From contig CAWGYA010000008.1 in the NCBI GenBank assembly GCA_963826715.1, forward strand, positions 1,216,001-1,280,000: DNA of 64,000 nucleotides, written 5' to 3'. A program made the translations under genes and the position numbers. This document shows, in pieces, positions 58,580-64,000 of this stretch; the stretch's first letter is position 1, and the number at the start of each line of letters is the position of its first letter. The notes beneath the pieces are model-generated. The model had not been told where the DNA came from. It saw only the letters and a list, made by a program, of their open reading frames with translations, and made no database searches. This stretch comes from Candidatus Bathyarchaeota archaeon. Its GTDB lineage: Archaea; Thermoproteota; Bathyarchaeia; Bathyarchaeales; Bathycorpusculaceae.

Positions 58580-59778
58580 TGGGGTTTCTCTCCTAGAATA
58601 GTTACGTAAGCTTTAGTTCCGAAGCCTTCAAACTCTACTATACCGCCATGCCTTAAGCCGCCTTCAATTTTAATTTGGCGTTCGCCTGCTTCCCCTCGGA
58701 GTTGACGATAAATTTCAAAAACTTGAGCTCCACCCGTTGCTCCAAGTGGATTACCGTCTGCTTTGAGTCCACCATCGGTGTTTACATAAACCTGTTTTCC
58801 ACCCAGTTCATAGCTGAACTGACCATTTAAGCTGCTTTCATAGATACTTTTCCATGCGGTGCCTGAAGAACAATAGCCTAAGTCTTCAAGTGTCACCATC
58901 TCCATAAAGGTAGATTGATCGTTTAGTTCCAATAACTGCAAATCGGCTACTGATACTTTTGCGGTTTGAGTGCTCTTTTTCATGGCAAGACCTGTAGCGA
59001 TAAAACGTGATAGGTCTTCTCGTGCTGGGTAATTGAGGAAGTCAGTGGCCGCGCCGCAGCCCAAAACATAAACCGGGTCTTTATTCATTTTCTTAGCAAC
59101 ATATTCGCTGGTCAAGATTAGCGCTGAAGCTCCGTCAGAGATGGGTGCGAAATCGTAGAGTCCCAAGGGTTTATGGGCAACTTTACGGGCGTTTATTACT
59201 TGGTCTAAGCTGATTTTTCTCTGGAACTGAGCATACAGGTTTTTGGTTGCATTAGCATGATTCTTCACTGACACTTGTGCGAGTGCGATATTAAGTTTTT
59301 CAAGGTCACCTCCGCCAATTTTGTATTTTTTAATATAAGCCCTTAACATCAGTTCATGGTTGGATTCGGGGGTGCCACCTGCAAAATAACTCCAAGGATC
59401 ATCAAGGAGCATGAGGTCGTCACGAATTTTGTCCCAACGATCCGACATTTTTTCTATACCGCCAACGAGTACAGTGTCATAGACACCTGCCTGAATAGCA
59501 TGGCAAGCAGTCATCAAGGCAGCGCTAAATGAGCGGGTTACTTCCATCGGTACATGTAGCTCGGTTAATTCAGAAAGAAAGCCCTCCTCTAAACCAAGCT
59601 TGTTTGTGATTGGTAGAAGACAGTCGGACATGTAGCAGGCCTGTAAATCCTTGCGTTCCATATTGCATTCCCGAGACGCGGCAAGCCAAGCTTCCTCGAT
59701 GAGCTTCTCGGGTTCTTTGCCGTAGTGCTCACCAAACTTGGTTCTGCCAACAGCGACTATTGCTGGGCGATTCTGCAT
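58576..59778 (-). CDS. Thiolase-fold protein (archaeal acetoacetyl-CoA thiolase type) lacking catalytic residues
   Basis: TKFGE, GGIEKM, NHANA..N.YAQF, APISDGASA, VNTDGGLKA.G.PLGATG; catalytic Cys/His positions substituted. Confidence 0.85.
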   Translation of the reverse strand: MQNRPAIVAVGRTKFGEHYGKEPEKLIEEAWLAASRECNMERKDLQACYMSDCLLPITNKLGLEEGFLSELTELHVPMEVTRSFSAALMTACHAIQAGVYDTVLVGGIEKMSDRWDKIRDDLMLLDDPWSYFAGGTPESNHELMLRAYIKKYKIGGGDLEKLNIALAQVSVKNHANATKNLYAQFQRKISLDQVINARKVAHKPLGLYDFAPISDGASALILTSEYVAKKMNKDPVYVLGCGAATDFLNYPAREDLSRFIATGLAMKKSTQTAKVSVADLQLLELNDQSTFMEMVTLEDLGYCSSGTAWKSIYESSLNGQFSYELGGKQVYVNTDGGLKADGNPLGATGGAQVFEIYRQLRGEAGERQIKIEGGLRHGGIVEFEGFGTKAYVTILGEKPQ

Positions 59779-60041
59779 TCTATTTTGTTCCCCTATTTAT
59801 AGCATAAAAGGTTTCAGAAATCTACTATTAAGTGTTTGCCATCTTTGAAGCATAATGGGCAAGTCTCTAATTATTCAACACAAATATGATTTCTTGAAAG
59901 ATATGGAGACTGAGGAATTTAAAAGGCACTTTAAGGCGTTGTTAGACCCGTAAGATTATTTCGTTAAATGCGCGAGTAGATTAAAGAATGTGATAAGGTC
60001 ACTACTTTGGTGAATACAAAGAAAGATTTAACAAAAATAGC

Positions 60042-61436
60042 TTAAACTAAATGATTAATCTCGTTCTGTATTATATTTTGTTTTAAGGTTTTAATGAGTT
60101 TCCTTAATTTGCTGCTCAACTCCACTGGATAGGCAGGCGCATTCACTAGTACCTTATATTGCTCTGGCAGCTTAGCGAGGTTCTCCGTAGCTGTTTTACG
60201 GATGTTATTAAGTGGAGGTAACTTGTTTGTCAGTTTGCCATTCTCCATGACTTTGAGCAATAGTGGATCCCCAACTGTGGGCTCATCAGTTAATGCAATG
60301 ACGTCTTTCACAAAGTGGCCTTCGGCATCTTTCAAGCGATATACCTGCTTTCGACCAGGTAAGGTAGTTTTGTCTTTACTGAGTTTCATAATAGGTGCAA
60401 AGCTGCCATCAGCAGTTTGAGTTTCACAGAGCTTGTATATACCATCGAGGAACGGGCGGTCAGAACTTGTTCCCATCTTTGTACCAACTCCAAAAGCGTC
60501 AATAGGTGCTTCTTCAGCTATCAACTCCATGATTTTGTACTCGTCGAGATCACCACTAACAAAAATTTTAGCGTACTCTAAATTTTGGCTGTCAAGAATT
60601 TTACGGACTTTCTTACTAGTCTCAGCCAAATCACCGCTGTCAAGTCTCACCCCCTCTAACCGGCTTCCTCTGCTTTGGAGCTCCCTGGCAACGATAGCAG
60701 CTTTTTCTGTCCCTGAAATGTCATCATATGTATCAACTAACAAGGTGGATTTATCAGGGAATGCTTTGGTGAAAGCACGGAAAGCATCGATTTCATGAGG
60801 ATATGACATAATAAAGGAATGTGCCATAGTACCAAAGATCGGTATACCATAAGTTAACCCCGATAATACGTTGCTAGTGCCTTGGCAACCTGCAATGAAG
60901 CTGGAACGTGCCACCTTCATGCCTGCGTCTATACCTGGTTCGCGACGCAACCCGAATTCGATGACGGCTTTCCCCTTTGCAGCATGAACGACCCGACTAG
61001 CTTTGGTTGCAATCATGGTCTGCAGATTAATCGAATTAAGAAGGAAGGTTTCGACAAGTTGTGCCTCGATTATGGGCGCAGTTATACGAACAAGAGGTTC
61101 TGTGGAGAAAGCTATTGTGCCTTCAGGAATCGCCCAAACTTCCCCAGTGAACTTGAAATCACTAAGGTACGATAGAAAGTCTTTTTTGAACCCCTGTTTT
61201 TCTAAGAACTCAAGATGTTCATTTGTGAATTTGATTGATTGCAGGTATCCTATCACCTCCTCTAAGCCGGCAAAGAGGAAATAGGAGCGATTTTCAGGCA
61301 TGCGGCGAATGAAGAGATCGAACGTAGCGGTTTCGAAGTTTTGGTTTTCAAAGTACGCTGCGCACATGGTGAGTTCATAGAAGTCTGTGAAAAGGCTCAT
61401 GTTTTCTTCTTTCAAATAGCCTAGAAAAGGTTGCAT
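60042..61436 (-). CDS. pncB: Nicotinate phosphoribosyltransferase
   Basis: TDFYELTM, EFGLRR, GTSNV, GTMAHSF, LVDTYD, RLDSGD, FGVGT, KLSKDK.TLPG.K. Confidence 0.95.
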   Translation of the reverse strand: MQPFLGYLKEENMSLFTDFYELTMCAAYFENQNFETATFDLFIRRMPENRSYFLFAGLEEVIGYLQSIKFTNEHLEFLEKQGFKKDFLSYLSDFKFTGEVWAIPEGTIAFSTEPLVRITAPIIEAQLVETFLLNSINLQTMIATKASRVVHAAKGKAVIEFGLRREPGIDAGMKVARSSFIAGCQGTSNVLSGLTYGIPIFGTMAHSFIMSYPHEIDAFRAFTKAFPDKSTLLVDTYDDISGTEKAAIVARELQSRGSRLEGVRLDSGDLAETSKKVRKILDSQNLEYAKIFVSGDLDEYKIMELIAEEAPIDAFGVGTKMGTSSDRPFLDGIYKLCETQTADGSFAPIMKLSKDKTTLPGRKQVYRLKDAEGHFVKDVIALTDEPTVGDPLLLKVMENGKLTNKLPPLNNIRKTATENLAKLPEQYKVLVNAPAYPVELSSKLRKLIKTLKQNIIQNEINHLV

Positions 61437-61567
61437 GGAGTACTTAGAGTTGGAGTTTATGATTTAATTGTTTCTAGTGTTTCGGTCAGTTAGATTAAAG
61501 ATCTGATTGCCTTCATAATAACCCTTAAATTTTCAATGCACCATACCCATATTTCGAGGTTTAACCT

Positions 61568-62644
61568 TTGCCTTACTGCCGATTATGCGGAACTAAACTG
61601 CAGGATTACGACCACTTCTGCCGCAAATGCGGTACCCGAATCCTCATCTATATACCGCCGCGGACCTCATCAATGGAGCCTCTGAAACCGCCGCATAAAA
61701 CCCCTTATGTGCTGGCTGCGATTGGCTTGATTGTCATTATTGTTTTGGCAGTGTATGCAGTCGCGTTTTTGTTTATACCTTTCTCTTCATGGAGTTTTGG
61801 ACAAACATTACAAGATAGCAGCGCAAACATAAATGCATTAAACCTTAACTTCACCGCAGATGTGGGACAAATTAATGTTATTACACAGAAGATACAGAAT
61901 AGTAACATATTGATCCATGTTTCAGCTAATGGGATACGTGGCTCTTTAGAAAATAATTCAGGTGAAGCACCAGTATTCGTATTCTTCCGCAACATAACCG
62001 ACGAAGATATACTAACTGTGTATTGTCAGGTTTCAGTTAAAAATCCTTACTCCTTTGAATCAAGCGTTGTCTATGATATATTCGTTGACCCCGCTTTGTT
62101 GTTGAATCTAACTGTTTCATCCTCGACAGGTCAAATCAGTTTCACAGCCGATAAAGCCACAACTATCAAAGCACTAAACCTGAATGCTGACGTGGGTAAG
62201 GTCCAAGCTAACCTCGAAAAAAATGTGATTTTCGCGGGTGACATATCCATTAAAACAAACACTGGACAGGTATATTATAGGATGAGCGAAACCAGCGTTG
62301 GTGGCAATAGCACTATAATTTTACAATCAAACATTGGCTCTGTAAACATGGATATATTTCAGACTAAAACGCTTCAGGGAAATTTTCAGGTTAACGCCGC
62401 CACAGACACAGGTTCAATAAACATTGCCTTAAAAATAGATGGCGGAGTTGGAGCGAAAATCACTTCTCAAACAGCCGGCTTATCCAATATAAATTTTGAA
62501 GTAAACAACTTTTCGGGCAACAAGTCTACTATACAATCCAACAATTACCCTACAAGTAGTAATGTTGAAATTAACAATACAATCAGCGGCTTAGGTAGCA
62601 TCAACATAGACGCCTCTTACCTAACCAAATTGAATTCAGCCTGA
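61568..62644 (+). CDS. Zinc-ribbon, TM and beta-repeat (adhesin/DUF4097-like) protein
   Basis: CRLCG...FCRKCG, single TM, repeated ..T.TG.I/V.. beta motifs. Confidence 0.75.
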   Translation: MPYCRLCGTKLQDYDHFCRKCGTRILIYIPPRTSSMEPLKPPHKTPYVLAAIGLIVIIVLAVYAVAFLFIPFSSWSFGQTLQDSSANINALNLNFTADVGQINVITQKIQNSNILIHVSANGIRGSLENNSGEAPVFVFFRNITDEDILTVYCQVSVKNPYSFESSVVYDIFVDPALLLNLTVSSSTGQISFTADKATTIKALNLNADVGKVQANLEKNVIFAGDISIKTNTGQVYYRMSETSVGGNSTIILQSNIGSVNMDIFQTKTLQGNFQVNAATDTGSINIALKIDGGVGAKITSQTAGLSNINFEVNNFSGNKSTIQSNNYPTSSNVEINNTISGLGSINIDASYLTKLNSA

Positions 62645-62718
62645 TAAGTTAGCTAACTGATCCCTAAACGTTTAAAGGCTTCCGCTATCATTTTTATTGA
62701 GAAGTAGAAGGTGACTTT

Positions 62719-62958
62719 TTGGCAGAACAAAAGAAGGTAACTCATCAAGAACTAGAAGTCAACAACGGGCAAAATGGCAAACCAGCCTACATAGCCTACC
62801 AAGGTAAAGTCTACGATGTAACTGATAGCAGCTTCTGGATTGAAGGAGAACACATGGGCATGCACAATGCTGGGAAAGACTTAACTGAAGACCTTGAGAT
62901 GGCACCACACCGGGACGAAAACTTCCAGCGCGTTAAATTCGTCGGCGAGCTTGTCTAA
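62719..62958 (+). CDS. Cytochrome b5-like heme/steroid-binding domain protein
   Basis: NGQNGKPAYIAYQGKVYDVT...W..GEH.G.H.AGKDLT...APH. Confidence 0.9.
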   Translation: MAEQKKVTHQELEVNNGQNGKPAYIAYQGKVYDVTDSSFWIEGEHMGMHNAGKDLTEDLEMAPHRDENFQRVKFVGELV

Positions 62959-64000
62959 AAGATACATTGAAACACAGTGTCGACTCTGCGTAGGCTATTC
63001 AAAACCTTTCTTATTTTTTCCTCGCTCTGTATGCTCCGTTTTTTGTAAATTTCCTTTACAATTTGGTGCAAGCTGTTGAAGGCACCTTCTACGTCTAAGT
63101 CATTATTCATGTGGGCTTCAAAAACGGCGAATATTTGGTCATCAACAATATCCAAGTATTCATTTGCGCTTGAAAGATTTTTCTGCTCTAAATCCAAAAC
63201 CATTTCCCTCAAAGACTCCAACAATTTTCTTCTCTCGGTCAGCAGTTCAAAGGTGAAATTTAGCTTCTTTCGGTATTTCCCGTAGATGAGAAAGAAACGC
63301 AGGTCCTGAACACTATAACCCCTCGCCAATATTTCACGTGGATAGTAAACATTACCTAGACTTTTGGACATCTTCTTGCCGTCTACAAACAAGTGCGCAC
63401 CATGGAGCCAATAACGCGAGAACTGACAGCCTGAAACAGCTTCGGTTACCGCGAGATTGTAATCGTGGTGGCGCACTAAAGCATCGATGCCCCCACAGGC
63501 AACGTCTATTTCAAAACCCAAATGCTTGGTTACAATTGCTGGATCCTGAATGTTCCAAGCGGGGCGCCCCTCACCTATCTTAGTTTCGAAACATACATCT
63601 TCCATGCCACAACCGTGCCATAATATAAAATCGCCCATGTTCCAAGGGGTGCCAGGATATGTATCTTTGTGGAACCTTCGCTTTTTTTTCGGCCACTTTG
63701 ACTTATCTATATGTGCCAGTTTGCCAAAGCCCTTGAATTTGAGGGGGTCAAAGTAGGCGTTTTTTACTCCCTGGTGGCAGTACCAGTAAGCATAGCCTGT
63801 ATCGACAAGTTTCTTAGTTAAAGTCGCTGCTTGTTCAACTGCGCTTGATGCATCCACGGGGTAATCAGGGCTTTTTATGTGTAGTAACTCAAATTCTTTG
63901 AAAAAAGCTGTCTCATTTTTTTGAGTCAATTCTTTGACAGTAACTCCTTCCTTTTTTGCCTGAACTATTGCTTTGTCTTCTACATCTGTAAGACACATCA
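62955..64000 (-). CDS. Cysteinyl-tRNA synthetase-like class I ligase (partial; 5' end outside window), divergent
   Basis: TDVEDK, DFILW, GRPAWNIQD, GGID...HH, KMSKSLGN, helical DALR-like end. Confidence 0.8.
   Translation of the reverse strand, partial: MCLTDVEDKAIVQAKKEGVTVKELTQKNETAFFKEFELLHIKSPDYPVDASSAVEQAATLTKKLVDTGYAYWYCHQGVKNAYFDPLKFKGFGKLAHIDKSKWPKKKRRFHKDTYPGTPWNMGDFILWHGCGMEDVCFETKIGEGRPAWNIQDPAIVTKHLGFEIDVACGGIDALVRHHDYNLAVTEAVSGCQFSRYWLHGAHLFVDGKKMSKSLGNVYYPREILARGYSVQDLRFFLIYGKYRKKLNFTFELLTERRKLLESLREMVLDLEQKNLSSANEYLDIVDDQIFAVFEAHMNNDLDVEGAFNSLHQIVKEIYKKRSIQSEEKIRKVLNSLRRVDTVFQCIF

Noticed and set aside
59855-59953. 32-aa ORF MGKSLIIQHK... (also similar tiny ORFs at ~34843-34980 and ~53017-53118)
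   Set aside because: No motif, paralogue or clear RBS support.
1-64000. CRISPR array, transposase, integrase or rRNA
   Set aside because: No regularly spaced repeats or recognisable catalytic motifs seen by eye.

Overview
Archaeal chromosomal window, most consistent with a Bathyarchaeia (TACK) genome. This is inferred from aIF-1A, L35Ae, single-OB SSB, archaeal SRP RNA, GGAGGTGA-type RBSs and frequent TTG/GTG starts. From left to right it contains: a frameshifted terminase large-subunit 3' end; rpsJ; an AN1-Zn/M50 peptidase; mre11-rad50; a ~15 kb divergent tetrapyrrole/anaerobic cobalamin cluster (cbiHGFLTED, cbiX-cbiC fusion, hemA | domain-swapped CobQ/CbiA-like gene, sirC, hemBLC, cobA, hemD); trpEGDCBA without trpF; SRP RNA; a ~7 kb AT-rich block rich in zinc micro-proteins and information-processing paralogues; tRNA-Lys(CTT); uvrBAC; ssb; a DUF35-HMG-CoA synthase fusion next to an apparently dead thiolase; pncB; and a degenerate CysRS paralogue. 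The best novelty candidates are: (1) a putative operon of aIF-1A, a LysW-like protein ending DLGEL and an Rpb5-N-terminal-like Cys-rich protein, flanked by two RNase HII-like paralogues and CxxC-x17-CxxC proteins; (2) a pair of unannotated paralogous Cys/His micro-proteins (MLSRDCDGC...YCPDGTAH); (3) the pseudo-thiolase with the DUF35-HMGS fusion; (4) the CysRS-like enzyme with altered Zn ligands; (5) a ~100-nt structured RNA candidate near 1.2-1.3 kb. All family calls come from motif recognition by eye; no database searches were run.
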